From IMG/VR virus record IMGVR_UViG_3300009156_000034, positions 1 to 55,457 of that record: 55,457 nt of DNA; one strand, given 5' to 3'. Numbering within the stretch: the first letter of the stretch is position 1; each line of letters starts with the position of its first letter. The position numbers were made by a program, and so were the translations under genes. Below are positions 41,270 to 51,857 of the stretch, in pieces. The notes beneath the pieces are model-generated. The model worked only from the letters and a program-made list of their open reading frames with translations, was not told the origin of the DNA and searched no databases. This DNA is from a virus.

Positions 41270-43127
41270 GTTGTTCGATCAAGGCAAAGCAGTATTCCTG
41301 GAGCGTCGACTCAAGGGCTACCGTGTCAAGGCTTGGGTCAAGGTGTTCGGCCAGAACTGTGAGATGATCCCAGGCTCCGGCAAGCAGCTTCTGGCGATCA
41401 GCTTTGTCGGACGTGATTCGCGTATGGAGATCATGAGGCGGTACCCCGGGCCAATTGCCGCGCTGGTGGCGGTCAAGAAGACGCTTACCTACAAGCTCCA
41501 TGGCCCGCACAACCGCCGCGTTTGCCACCACGAACACATTGGCGTTGGTCACCGCATAGGCATCTGGATCCCCAGTCAAGGACGCAGTGACCGCCTGCGG
41601 TCCTGGCGGTGGACCACCGGGAGCGTTCTGGGCCTCTGTTTCCAATGGGAGCGGCGGGCCGGCGGTTGGTGAGATGCCGGTCGGTGGTGCCGGTGGTGGG
41701 GGCGGTCCAGCACCAGGCATTCCTTGCTGCGGCGTGACCACGGTTTCGGCCGGCAGGATGTCCTCGGTGTAGCCAGCCACTTTGCGTACGGCTGGGATCT
41801 GGAACAGGTTCGGGTCCCGCAGCATCAGCTCCCGGGTGAACCGCTCCAAGTCCTCCTCGTCGCTGGGAGCATCGCTGATGGCGTAGTCGCCGGAGATGAG
41901 CACCGTTTCCCGGCTGACCAGACCCTTGTCGTACATCTCCCGGGTGTCCTTGAGCCGCTCCGGCCGCACAGTCAACGGGGCAGTGTCGTACCAGAACACG
42001 TACCGGTCCGGGTCTTCTTTGAGGGCCTTCAATGCCGGCTGAAGATAGCTGGAGGTCAATCCGTCGCAGATCCGGTTCATCAAAGGAACAATGTGGACGT
42101 TGATCTGGCCTTCCATGATCTGCCAGGCACCCCAGTGATTCGCTTCCCCGGCACCAGTGAGGATGGACGGGTCAATGTCCATGGCGAGGGCGAACCGGCG
42201 TAGGGCTTCAGCTCTCAGATCCAGCGCCTGCTTCGACAACTCGCTGGTGAACTGGATCAGGTCGATCTTCCCCAGCGCCTCTATCGGGATCTCGGCGAAG
42301 GTGGGCACCACACCTGCTGCCGTACCTTCACCCTTGAGTGAAGCCGAGCCTGTCTTCATCAGCCTGGATGTGAGGGCATCCCCACCGGTTAGCGGGTTGC
42401 CTTCCTGGTCCACCTCGTCCGGGAAGGACACTTCCTTCGGGATGAACATGAGGCCGGCAGAGACAAGCCGGGAGTCGATCTGGGCGAACACGAACCGGGT
42501 CAGCCGCTCGATCTCCCACAGCATCGGCATCGCCGCCCGGGTGGGGGAGTCAGCCCACAATCCACGCCGAGGGTGTGGGGTCCACACCCGGATAATCATG
42601 TCCCGCTCAGGGTTCAGATCCTCGGGCTCGCCGTCGTAGCTGGTCATGGTGACCCGGCCGGTGCGGGAGTACCGCTTCAGTTCGGAGCAGGACAGCACGA
42701 ACCATTCGTCTGAGGTGGGGTCATCGGTGCTGCGGCCGATGATGTAGGCGTCGCCCGCCACGGTCAGGTTGATGCCGAGCATTCGGATGGCTTCGGCCTT
42801 ACTGACCGGACCTCCGAACAGGGTGTCCGCCAGCCCGGCTATCTTGGCTTTCTTTACCTCTTGCTGGACCCGGCCGTTCTTGTCCACTTCGGCAACGTAG
42901 ATACGCACGCGGGAGCAGGCGGAACCGATCCAGTTGGCTACGAACCTTAGTTCGCCAATGATGTCGTACAGTCGCCATGCTTCCTGCTGCCATGTGTCGT
43001 CACCGAACTTGTAGCTCCTCCATCCCTGCCCGTCCAGCTTGATTCGGGCAGCAGACGCGACAAGACTTTTCGGTGCCTCATGGGCGGTGGGAACGGCTGA
43101 CGTAGCCCTCCGGCTGCCCAGGCGCAT
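41199..43127 (-). CDS. Portal protein (642 aa)
   Basis: Size, position between terminase and MuF, and the N-terminal block WQQEAWRLYDIIGELRFVANWIGSACSRVRIYV typical of actinophage portals. Confidence 0.8.
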   Translation of the reverse strand: MRLGSRRATSAVPTAHEAPKSLVASAARIKLDGQGWRSYKFGDDTWQQEAWRLYDIIGELRFVANWIGSACSRVRIYVAEVDKNGRVQQEVKKAKIAGLADTLFGGPVSKAEAIRMLGINLTVAGDAYIIGRSTDDPTSDEWFVLSCSELKRYSRTGRVTMTSYDGEPEDLNPERDMIIRVWTPHPRRGLWADSPTRAAMPMLWEIERLTRFVFAQIDSRLVSAGLMFIPKEVSFPDEVDQEGNPLTGGDALTSRLMKTGSASLKGEGTAAGVVPTFAEIPIEALGKIDLIQFTSELSKQALDLRAEALRRFALAMDIDPSILTGAGEANHWGAWQIMEGQINVHIVPLMNRICDGLTSSYLQPALKALKEDPDRYVFWYDTAPLTVRPERLKDTREMYDKGLVSRETVLISGDYAISDAPSDEEDLERFTRELMLRDPNLFQIPAVRKVAGYTEDILPAETVVTPQQGMPGAGPPPPPAPPTGISPTAGPPLPLETEAQNAPGGPPPGPQAVTASLTGDPDAYAVTNANVFVVANAAVVRAMELVGKRLLDRHQRGNWPGVPPHDLHTRITSDKADRQKLLAGAWDHLTVLAEHLDPSLDTVALESTLQEYCFALIEQRVPHRSSTLGTVLQRRGFLRGQP

Positions 43128-43130
43128 GGG

Positions 43131-43415
43131 CTACCCCTTCCGTTCAGAGAGATAGCCGGCAACCATCGAGGCTGCCGGAATGGCGAGGGCTGCAATGACC
43201 CACTTATTCGGGAACAGTATGGCCACCGGCATGATCGGGGTGGCCACCCAGATAGAGGTACACCATTGACAGTGGGCCAGATATGAGGCCATGGAGGACT
43301 CTCCCCACCGCCTCACCACCCACTGTCGGTACTTCACCATCAACTGGTCCTCAACCAGCAGTCTGGTTACACGAGCTACGGCAAGGACACCAACCACCAC
43401 GGAAAGGACCAGCAC
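43131..43415 (-). CDS. DUF1360-like small membrane protein (94 aa)
   Basis: VARVTRLLVEDQL...LAHCQWCTSIWVA fits the DUF1360 pattern. GTG start with no clear RBS. Confidence 0.5.
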   Translation of the reverse strand: MLVLSVVVGVLAVARVTRLLVEDQLMVKYRQWVVRRWGESSMASYLAHCQWCTSIWVATPIMPVAILFPNKWVIAALAIPAASMVAGYLSERKG

Positions 43416-43455
43416 GCTATTACTCTACGGTTGCCAAGAGCGCAAGGGGTAGTGG

Positions 43456-43491
43456 CAAAAAGAAACGCCCCCTACCAGCCATAGGGGGCGT
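43456..43491 (-). terminator. Strong intrinsic terminator (minus strand) after the beta-helix gene
   Basis: On the minus strand: ACGCCCCCTA-TGGCTGG-TAGGGGGCGT (perfect 10-bp stem) followed by TTCTTTTTG. It begins 14 nt after the stop at 43505. Confidence 0.7.
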
Positions 43492-43504
43492 CTCCTGTTG
43501 GTCG

Positions 43505-44725
<1,221 letters not shown>

Positions 44726-44737
44726 AGCCCCATACTG

Positions 44738-46210
44738 CTACAGCAGGCGGTCCAGGGCATACAGGTCCTGGGTGAGCTGGAAGTCGTACTTGCTGGGGTC
44801 GGAGACGTTCATCCGGTTCCGCTCGCCGGCCATGAGCTTCAGGCAGGCATGAACTAGGGCGTCCATGCGGTCCGGTGACTCCCGGGTACTTTCCGGGTCG
44901 AAGAGAACCATTTGATCCTCCAGCAGGTCGTGTTCACCGACCATGTGCAGCCGTCCCTGTTCGGAACGCATGGCCACCGGCTCTGCCCGCGTCTTCTTGC
45001 CGTGTTTGGCGTGGACCGCCAGCATCGGAGGAGAGGAGTTCTTTGGGAACATCCCCAGGTCGATGCACTCGACATAGGCGTCACGGAGCACTTCCTGGAG
45101 GTACCGCTTACCCAGGTTCTCCTCGTACACCAGTAGGTCGGCACTGAACTCAGCCACCGCTCGCCACATCGCCAGGGCTGCTGCACGGCCGGAGTCCGGC
45201 ACCGTCCGATCGGCCCGGACGTACAGGTGGTTGTCCGGACTCCTTGACACAACAATTATTCCGGTGCTGGCGTCCTCGCCGGTCAGGTTGGGGTCCACGC
45301 CCACCACCGTGGACACCAGGTCCGGCATCTCCTCCAACTTAATCCGGTACTTGACGATGTTCATGCGCTTAAACAGGCCACCACCGGTCAATTCCAGCAT
45401 CTTGCCGTACAGCTCCTGCTCCCCCAGGTCGGTACCGGTGTAGCGGAGCTTCAACTCCCGCAGCACATGGGCGGACAGGTTGGCGGCGTTGTCGAAGGTG
45501 GAGCCACCCATGAGGTAGATGGTCCCGTCCTCCCGGCTCATCCACTCCTGAAGCAGCTTGATTGGCTTCGGGGTGGTGGTGGCGAAGCAGCGGGGGTGAT
45601 CCCCGATCAGGTCTGTCCGCAGGGATGGCAGGATGCCCTCGTACCAGGACTCGTACGGCTTGGGCCACTTGCAAATCTCATCCACCCAGGCACCGGAGGC
45701 GTTGTAGCCACGCCCGACATCCTCGTCGTCGGCCCCTTCGGCGTACACCTTGGCACCGTCCGGGAACAGGATCATGGGTCTGGGTGACTGCTTGTACCGG
45801 TAGTCGATTCCTCGCCGCTGGAGCACCCGAAGCATCCCAGCCGGCCCCTCCAGGCAAATTGTCCTGGTATCAGCGAGCGTCTCAGCGATCAGAAGCCACT
45901 CGGTCGGCTGACCGTGTGCGTCAAACGGGTGCTGGATTACTTTCTCTGTCAACCATTCCGCACCCGCCCGAGACTTCCCCCAGCCACGTCCGGCCAGGGC
46001 CAGGGCAACGAGCCAGTCCCCGGTCGCTGGCGGGATCTGCTCCGGGCGAGCTACCCACCACCACTCCCCGTTGATGATCTCTTGCAGGATCTCTGGCGGC
46101 AGGGCGTCGATCCACGGGTCCCGAACCTCCCGTGGAAGTAGTGCCACCCGTTGTGCCAGCGAAAGTCCCATTTGCTTGATCATACGACGGAGGGGTACCG
46201 TCGAGAGCAC
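44738..46210 (-). CDS. Terminase large subunit (490 aa)
   Basis: Walker A-like LALAGRGWGKSRAGAEW and the nuclease-half block VVGVDPNLTGEDASTGIIVV. First gene of the late block. No separate small subunit was recognised. Confidence 0.85.
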   Translation of the reverse strand: MLSTVPLRRMIKQMGLSLAQRVALLPREVRDPWIDALPPEILQEIINGEWWWVARPEQIPPATGDWLVALALAGRGWGKSRAGAEWLTEKVIQHPFDAHGQPTEWLLIAETLADTRTICLEGPAGMLRVLQRRGIDYRYKQSPRPMILFPDGAKVYAEGADDEDVGRGYNASGAWVDEICKWPKPYESWYEGILPSLRTDLIGDHPRCFATTTPKPIKLLQEWMSREDGTIYLMGGSTFDNAANLSAHVLRELKLRYTGTDLGEQELYGKMLELTGGGLFKRMNIVKYRIKLEEMPDLVSTVVGVDPNLTGEDASTGIIVVSRSPDNHLYVRADRTVPDSGRAAALAMWRAVAEFSADLLVYEENLGKRYLQEVLRDAYVECIDLGMFPKNSSPPMLAVHAKHGKKTRAEPVAMRSEQGRLHMVGEHDLLEDQMVLFDPESTRESPDRMDALVHACLKLMAGERNRMNVSDPSKYDFQLTQDLYALDRLL

Positions 46211-46265
46211 CTACGGGATCGACTGGACCGCCCGATCTGACCTCCGGGTCAGGGTCCAGTCAAGG

Positions 46266-46317
46266 ATTCGGCCCCCTAGCGTCCCAAAAGACGCGACGAT
46301 GGGGGCCGAATCTTTTT
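46266..46317 (+). terminator. Hairpin plus T-run inside the divergent control region (terminator or attenuator-like)
   Basis: ATTCGGCCCCC (46266-46276) pairs with GGGGGCCGAAT (46301-46311). An inner GCGTC/GACGC pair is present, and CTTTTT follows. Confidence 0.4.
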
Positions 46318-46404
46318 GTCATACCCGCTTGGTACCTTCCCACCTAACCGAGGGAGGGCTAGAGTCAGTTGATACCCCTGGCTAGGCAACGGATAGAGGT
46401 GTTC

Positions 46405-46812
46405 ATGGATGACTTGGCCGACATCGACCTCGGTCGGGCGGTTGTGGCTCAAAGGAAGCTCAAGGAACTGCGTGACTCGCTGGGTCTGACCCGCAGTGTC
46501 ATGGCAGAGTTCCTGCACACGTCGGTGTTGACATACACCTCCTGGGAGAAGAGGCCGAAGATCGCGATGTGGTCCGCCTCCGCTGGCAAGATCGGGCGGT
46601 TCTACCGGGCAGCGACAGTGGAGCTGGAACTCCTGAACGAGGACAAGGTCCCAATCAAGAAGCTGGCCCCCCTTCATGTCGCAGCCAGCCAGCTTGGGGT
46701 CCCACAGGAGTTGCTGTTCCAGTGGTACCGGGACGGGAAGTTCCAGGCATTTGACCTTGGGATCCTGGGCCTGTGGCTACGGCGGGACACCATCAAGGAC
46801 ATCGGGCATTGA
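46405..46812 (+). CDS. HTH DNA-binding regulator (XRE-like N-terminal HTH plus second MerR/Xis-like HTH)
   Basis: ATG after AGAGGTGTTC. LKELRDSLGLTRSVMAEFLHTSVLTYTSWE and LHVAASQLGVPQELLFQWYRDG. Confidence 0.65.
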   Translation: MDDLADIDLGRAVVAQRKLKELRDSLGLTRSVMAEFLHTSVLTYTSWEKRPKIAMWSASAGKIGRFYRAATVELELLNEDKVPIKKLAPLHVAASQLGVPQELLFQWYRDGKFQAFDLGILGLWLRRDTIKDIGH

Positions 46813-47636
46813 GGAGATGTGTCATATGCGGAAACGAGCTGCACCCTCTCCTGGAGCCCGGGACCATCACCCATCCAACGTGCCCCATGTTCTCTGAACC
46901 GGACGAGGGCGACCCATTCGCCGCGCTCCTGAAACACGAGCTGACCGAAGTGATCCTGGCCAAGGAGCGAGCCAATCCCCGGGCGCAACAAACCGAGGTG
47001 GGTCCTTCCGAAATCGGTGACCCCTGTGACCGTCGCCTTGGGTACAAACTCGCCGGTATCCCGGAGCGGAACGTGGACTACGACCCGTGGCCATCCATCA
47101 TGGGTACGGCTATGCACTCCTGGCTGGAAGAGGCAGTCCGGGATCATGGTGGTAGTGAGTGGATGACTGAGACCCCGGTAGCTGTGGGCGAGTTCGTGAA
47201 GGGTCATTCGGACCTGTACCACCGGTCAACCGCCTGCGTCATCGACCACAAGTCAGCCGGCCCTGATGTTATGAAGAAGATTCTGAAGGAGGGGCCTCCC
47301 CCTGGATACGTGGTCCAGATACAGTGCTACGGGTACGGGTACGAGAAGCTGGGGATGCCGGTCAGGAAAGTGGCCTTGGTGTTCTACCCCCGAGCCGGCT
47401 GGCTCCGGGACATGTACGTCTGGGCCGACACCTATGACAGATCCATCGCTGAGGCTGCCTTGAAACGTCTGTACGGAATCGCGCACACAGTAGTATCCCT
47501 GGACGTATTGAAGCAGAGTCATCGATGGGAGCAAGTGGATGCAACCCCATCCAACTCGTGCGGGTTCTGTCCCTGGTATGACCCGGGCCGGGACCTTGAA
47601 CGAGGGGCCGACGACACCGGATGTCCGGGGAGGTGA
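46773..47636 (+). CDS. Cas4/RecB-like PD-(D/E)XK exonuclease with Cys cluster
   Basis: GHSDLY...VIDHKS (D...D/ExK), QIQCYGYGY (QxxxY), an N-terminal Cys pair and the C-terminal CGFCPW...GCPG. The start is uncertain; TTG at 46809 overlaps the upstream stop. Confidence 0.7.
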   Translation: MATAGHHQGHRALRRCVICGNELHPLLEPGTITHPTCPMFSEPDEGDPFAALLKHELTEVILAKERANPRAQQTEVGPSEIGDPCDRRLGYKLAGIPERNVDYDPWPSIMGTAMHSWLEEAVRDHGGSEWMTETPVAVGEFVKGHSDLYHRSTACVIDHKSAGPDVMKKILKEGPPPGYVVQIQCYGYGYEKLGMPVRKVALVFYPRAGWLRDMYVWADTYDRSIAEAALKRLYGIAHTVVSLDVLKQSHRWEQVDATPSNSCGFCPWYDPGRDLERGADDTGCPGR

Positions 47637-47638
47637 AT

Positions 47639-47812
47639 ATGACCGAGAAATCTGACTGGTACAAGGACATGGTGAAGGCGACCAAGGAACGTGAGCGTGC
47701 CCTCACGATGGTCGCCAGATGGCAGGAGATCGTTGCTGATGCTGAGGCAACAATCAAGCGACTCTCATTGAACATGGCAGCAGAAGCGGCTCAGAAAACG
47801 GAACAGGAGTAG
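47639..47812 (+). CDS. Hypothetical coiled-coil protein (57 aa)
   Basis: ATG after GGGGAGGTGAAT; the longest ORF starts at 47621. Confidence 0.5.
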   Translation: MTEKSDWYKDMVKATKERERALTMVARWQEIVADAEATIKRLSLNMAAEAAQKTEQE

Positions 47813-47817
47813 GGAAC

Positions 47818-48417
47818 ATGAAGTTCGATGAACCGGAAGAGGCTGGCGGTAACCGCTGCTACCCGAAGAACGTGGTCAACCACCTGCTACTGGTGTGGGC
47901 CGTTGACTACGTCGCAGATAGCCCGACGAAGTTCAGCCGGCCAGACAAGCCCAGTGACGTGATCATCGTTGACGTGGTCGACCTGGACCAGGTTGACGAG
48001 GAGACCGGTCAACCAGGGCTCGTGGCCCGGCAGGCTTGGTGGCGTCAGGCCCGCCTGATCCAGAGCCTGAGGCCGAAGCTCGGAAGCGCGGATCCAATGC
48101 TGGTCCGGATGGTGAAGGGGGTCAGCTCCATGGGCATGAACGCCCCGTTCGAGCTGGTGTCCCAGACCGGGGATCCTCAGTGTGTCAGTCGGGCACAGTC
48201 CTGGTTCGGAGCCAACCCGGGGTTTAAACCCAGCGTCGCTGGTGCTGCTGATGTGCCTCAGCAGCCGCAGCCGGCCTCTCACTGGGACACACCGGAGCAC
48301 GAGTACGCCCCGGCCCAGGAGGAAACCCTGCTGGAGCGGATGGCTCGTCAGTCCACCCAGCAGAGCCCGTCACTGCCACCACGGCAGCCGGCTCGACCTG
48401 ACGGAATGCCCTTCTGA
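47818..48417 (+). CDS. Putative ssDNA-binding protein (199 aa) with SSB-like C-terminal tip
   Basis: Sits in the replication module. The Pro/Gln-rich tail ends in PDGMPF, resembling the D-(I/L)-P-F tip of bacterial SSBs. The core is not a recognisable canonical OB-fold SSB sequence. Confidence 0.4.
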   Translation: MKFDEPEEAGGNRCYPKNVVNHLLLVWAVDYVADSPTKFSRPDKPSDVIIVDVVDLDQVDEETGQPGLVARQAWWRQARLIQSLRPKLGSADPMLVRMVKGVSSMGMNAPFELVSQTGDPQCVSRAQSWFGANPGFKPSVAGAADVPQQPQPASHWDTPEHEYAPAQEETLLERMARQSTQQSPSLPPRQPARPDGMPF

Positions 48418-48423
48418 AACAAC

Positions 48424-48453
48424 GAAGCCCCCTCCGGGTCCGGAGGGGGCTTC
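48424..48453 (+). terminator. Intrinsic terminator-like hairpin
   Basis: GAAGCCCCCTCCGG/CCGGAGGGGGCTTC forms a perfect 14-bp palindromic stem 7 nt after the stop at 48417. The U-tract is weak. Confidence 0.6.
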
Positions 48454-48578
48454 GGGCTCTAGCCTACTGGTGGGTTCGGTGCCATGATGAAGACCACCTT
48501 CCGAGGCCGCTCGGCAAACAGTAAGGGTCCCCTTCGGCGTTTTCGATACCAGGGGACCCCTACCAGATAGGTGACGAG

Positions 48579-50993
48579 ATGAAGATAGCAGACATTGCCA
48601 AAACTTGGCAATCGGCCGGAGTGTCGGTCATCCCAATCCTTGCCAACCAAACGAAACGTCCCGCCTTCCGGTGGTCCCCGTACCAGGTCTCCATACCCAC
48701 CCTGGGTGAGGTGGATGAGTGGTGGGGCAACGGGAAACCGTACGGGCTCGCCCTGATCTGTGGTGCCGTCTCCGGCAACCTGGAGATGACCGAGATTGAG
48801 GGTCGGGCGTGTGATGGGGAAACCCTCACCGACATCAGCAACCGCATGGACGAGCTAGGGGTCGGGCACGTCTGGGACCGGCTCAACAGCCACGAGGGCT
48901 ACTCGGAGCAGTCACCCTCGGGTGGGCTGCACCTGCTGTACCGGATCTCCGACCACGAGGTACCCGGCAACACCAAGATTGCCAGTGGTGAAGATGGGCT
49001 CTGTCTGGCTGAGACCCGTGGTCATGGCGGGTACGTGATCGTGGCCCCCACCCCCGGCATCTGTCACCCGTCCGGCGAGTCGTGGAACCTGATCAGTGGC
49101 AGTTACGGACACTTGCCGTCAATCACTTGGACTGAGCGCAACCTGCTGCACGAGGCTTTACAGTTGGCTTTGGGTGGAACCCCCGGTCCACCCGTGCCGG
49201 CCGTGCTCCCCGATCCACCCCCCCGGGTCCCAGGGTTGAGCGCGGCCGGTCTCACCCCGGGTGACGACTTTGAAGATCATACTGACTGGGCAGAAATACT
49301 GGAGCCACACGGATGGCACCTCGAATCCAGACATGGAACCGAACGACACTGGACCCGCCCCGGGAAAAACACTCGGGATGGCGCTTCGGCCACCACGGGC
49401 AGAGCCAACGATCGCGACCGCTTATACGTGTTTTCAACCTCCACCTTGTTTCAGTCGGAAGTTCCCTATACCAAATTCGGGGCTTATGCACTGCTGAACC
49501 ATAACGGTGATCATTCAGCCGCCGCTAGGGCGCTAGCGAAGCTCGGCTTCGGGGACCGGCGCGAGGTTGCCGTACTCGACACCCTCAACCGGAACCCAGA
49601 GGAAGAGACCTGGTACCGGCTGACTGAGGCCGGCAATGCTCGCCACCTGTGGGACCGAGTTGCCGGCCGGTACCACTTCGTTCACCAGACCAAGCACTTT
49701 GTCTACTGGGATGGCAAGGCGTGGATTGAGGACCGGAACGGCTCACTCACCCGGGAACTGCTCCAACTCACCGAGGACATGGACGCCTACGGGCAGGCCA
49801 ACGACATCCAGGCCCGGTGTAAATGGGCCACCGCATCACAGAGCAGCGCGAAGATCAAAGGCACCCTTGAGGTCATGAAGGCCATGGTGGGTTGCACCCG
49901 AGGCTGGGAGGAGTTCGATGTTGACCGGCACCTGCTCAACGTCGGCAACGGCATCCTCGACCTACGCACTGGGGCTCTGGCTGCGCACGATCCAGCTAAA
50001 CTGATGACCCGGATGTTCGCTGCCTCGTACGACCCCAGCGCCACCTGTCCCGAGTTCCACGACTTCATGGACGCCGCGTTGCCTGACCCGGAGATGAGGA
50101 CCTATGTCCAGCGAGCCCTTGGGTATTCCCTCCTCGGAGATGTCGATCAACGATCCATCTTCTGGATCTACGGACCACCGGGCACGGGTAAATCAACTCT
50201 TATGGATACTATCCGTTTCCTCTTTGGAGACTATGGAACCACGGCTAGCTCAGGTGCTTTTAGGGCTAAGAGCAAGGACCATGGGCCTTCCACCGATCTC
50301 CACGACCTACGTAGGAAGCGGTTCGTAACCACCTCCGAGACGGCCGAGACCACCTCCTTCGATGAGGACCTGCTCAAGCGACTCTCCGGCCGCGACCAGA
50401 TGAAGTCCCGGGAGCTGTACCAAGCAAACCAGGAGTGGACCCCGGAGTGTGTGCTGTGGATGGCCACCAACAACGCCCCCCGGTTCAGTAGCGATGACGA
50501 TGCCATCTGGCGTCGGACGAAGCTGATCCCGTTCCTGACCGTGTTCACGGGTGCTGGCGAGAGGCCGGACTTCGCTCGCCGGGTCCTGCTCCAGGAACGG
50601 AATGGGATCTTGAACTGGCTCCTGGAGGGACTGGCCGACTTCCAGGCGTTCGGCCTGGGGGAGCCGGCATCAGTGCTCCAGATGGCCAAGGATCAGCGGG
50701 CGCAGTCCGACTCGGTGGCCCGGTTCATTGATGAACGGCTGCTCGACGGAGTTCTGGTGGAGGGGCCACAGGAGCGGGTCCGGACCAGTGAGCTGTATGC
50801 CATGTACACGGACTGGGTGAAGCAGTCCGGTGAGCGTGCCGTGGGCAGTCGCCGGTTTATCACCCGGATGCAGACCAACTTCCCGCACCTGCCCCACGTC
50901 AAGATCGCAGGGCATTACTACTGGCAGGGGCTCGGGCGTGCAGTCAACGGCTGGATGCTGGGTTCGGCCCCACCCACCCTGTACAACGACTAG
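48579..50993 (+). CDS. Bifunctional primase-polymerase / D5-type SF3 helicase (804 aa)
   Basis: N-terminal prim-pol block AGVSVIPILANQTKRPAFRWSPYQ..GLALICG..GGLHLLYR, a central D5_N-like region, and the Walker A GPPGTGKST. Confidence 0.85.
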   Translation: MKIADIAKTWQSAGVSVIPILANQTKRPAFRWSPYQVSIPTLGEVDEWWGNGKPYGLALICGAVSGNLEMTEIEGRACDGETLTDISNRMDELGVGHVWDRLNSHEGYSEQSPSGGLHLLYRISDHEVPGNTKIASGEDGLCLAETRGHGGYVIVAPTPGICHPSGESWNLISGSYGHLPSITWTERNLLHEALQLALGGTPGPPVPAVLPDPPPRVPGLSAAGLTPGDDFEDHTDWAEILEPHGWHLESRHGTERHWTRPGKNTRDGASATTGRANDRDRLYVFSTSTLFQSEVPYTKFGAYALLNHNGDHSAAARALAKLGFGDRREVAVLDTLNRNPEEETWYRLTEAGNARHLWDRVAGRYHFVHQTKHFVYWDGKAWIEDRNGSLTRELLQLTEDMDAYGQANDIQARCKWATASQSSAKIKGTLEVMKAMVGCTRGWEEFDVDRHLLNVGNGILDLRTGALAAHDPAKLMTRMFAASYDPSATCPEFHDFMDAALPDPEMRTYVQRALGYSLLGDVDQRSIFWIYGPPGTGKSTLMDTIRFLFGDYGTTASSGAFRAKSKDHGPSTDLHDLRRKRFVTTSETAETTSFDEDLLKRLSGRDQMKSRELYQANQEWTPECVLWMATNNAPRFSSDDDAIWRRTKLIPFLTVFTGAGERPDFARRVLLQERNGILNWLLEGLADFQAFGLGEPASVLQMAKDQRAQSDSVARFIDERLLDGVLVEGPQERVRTSELYAMYTDWVKQSGERAVGSRRFITRMQTNFPHLPHVKIAGHYYWQGLGRAVNGWMLGSAPPTLYND

Positions 50994-50996
50994 GAC

Positions 50997-51024
50997 TTGA
51001 CGCTGGTGACAGTGGTGGTACTGT
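50997..51024 (+). promoter_or_regulatory. Candidate promoter TTGACG-N16-TACTGT
   Basis: Lies in the 81-nt gap before the ParB-like genes. Shares its -10 with the promoter at 54027 and its -35 with the one at 1695. Confidence 0.4.
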
Positions 51025-51074
51025 TGCTCCCATAAGCACTAACCCCCCCCTGGGGGGACAAGGAAGGAGGATCA

Positions 51075-51857
51075 ATGAGTAAAAGTATCTTGATCGAACT
51101 GATCAAGACGGATCGGAAGCTGGAACCCGGCGACGACATCGCGGACCTGGCTAACCTGATCTCCGGGTTCGGCCTCAAGGTTCCCGTGCTCCTAGACCAG
51201 GACTACAACCTGGTCGACGGGCTCCGGCGCATCGAGGCCATGAAGCTGCTAGGTGAAACGAAGGTCCCTGCTGTCGTTGCTGACATGTACGAAGAGGCCA
51301 TCGCCAACCTGAAGCTGGCACACCAGGACCGCGACGGTGTTGGTCCCAAGCGGACCCGGCAGATTGAGCTGGGCATCGAGGATCTTCGGATCGCCCGCAC
51401 CTCCCGTCTTCGGGCCAGGTACGCCAACGTTCCGATCGGCAAGCGCGGCACCATCCCTAAGGAGCTTCGAACCCGGGATCTGTTTCAGGACGCGATGAAC
51501 GATGTTAACGCGCCCAAGTACGCCCAGATTTACCGACAAGCCGAAGCCGGGGTCATGTATGCACAGGAACTGGTCGACGCACTAGAGGCTGGCGAAATGG
51601 GCATCAGCACCGCCATCTCCCGCCTTGAGGAACGGCGACGGACAACCGGGGACGTTCATACGTTGCCGGACCAACGGGCACTGCTCCACGGTGCCACTCG
51701 GGGACTGTCCGGCCTGGTCAAGGGCCTGGACAAGATGGGGAGCCCAGTCAAGCTGTCCAAGGCCGAACTGGAGCCCATCCTCAAGGAACTCAAGGCTCAC
51801 CGCGCCAAACTAGCTAGCTTCATCCGATACATCGAAAAGGAGTCAAAAGGAAAATGA
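51075..51857 (+). CDS. ParB/Srx-fold N-terminal domain protein (260 aa)
   Basis: VPVLLDQDYNLVDGLRRIEAMKLLG matches the ParB N-terminal core. RBS AAGGAAGGAGG. Confidence 0.65.
   Translation: MSKSILIELIKTDRKLEPGDDIADLANLISGFGLKVPVLLDQDYNLVDGLRRIEAMKLLGETKVPAVVADMYEEAIANLKLAHQDRDGVGPKRTRQIELGIEDLRIARTSRLRARYANVPIGKRGTIPKELRTRDLFQDAMNDVNAPKYAQIYRQAEAGVMYAQELVDALEAGEMGISTAISRLEERRRTTGDVHTLPDQRALLHGATRGLSGLVKGLDKMGSPVKLSKAELEPILKELKAHRAKLASFIRYIEKESKGK

Noticed and set aside
48525-48559. 8-bp stem (GGGTCCCC/GGGGACCC) with a 19-nt loop upstream of the primase gene, considered as a regulatory hairpin
   Set aside because: The stem is short, the loop is large and there is no accompanying promoter or U-tract, so it is not distinguishable from chance in a GC-rich genome.
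51053-51067. C8-T-G6 run upstream of the first ParB-like gene, considered as a hairpin terminator
   Set aside because: It would leave essentially no loop, and it sits between a promoter-like element and the RBS. It is noted only as an odd homopolymer palindrome.
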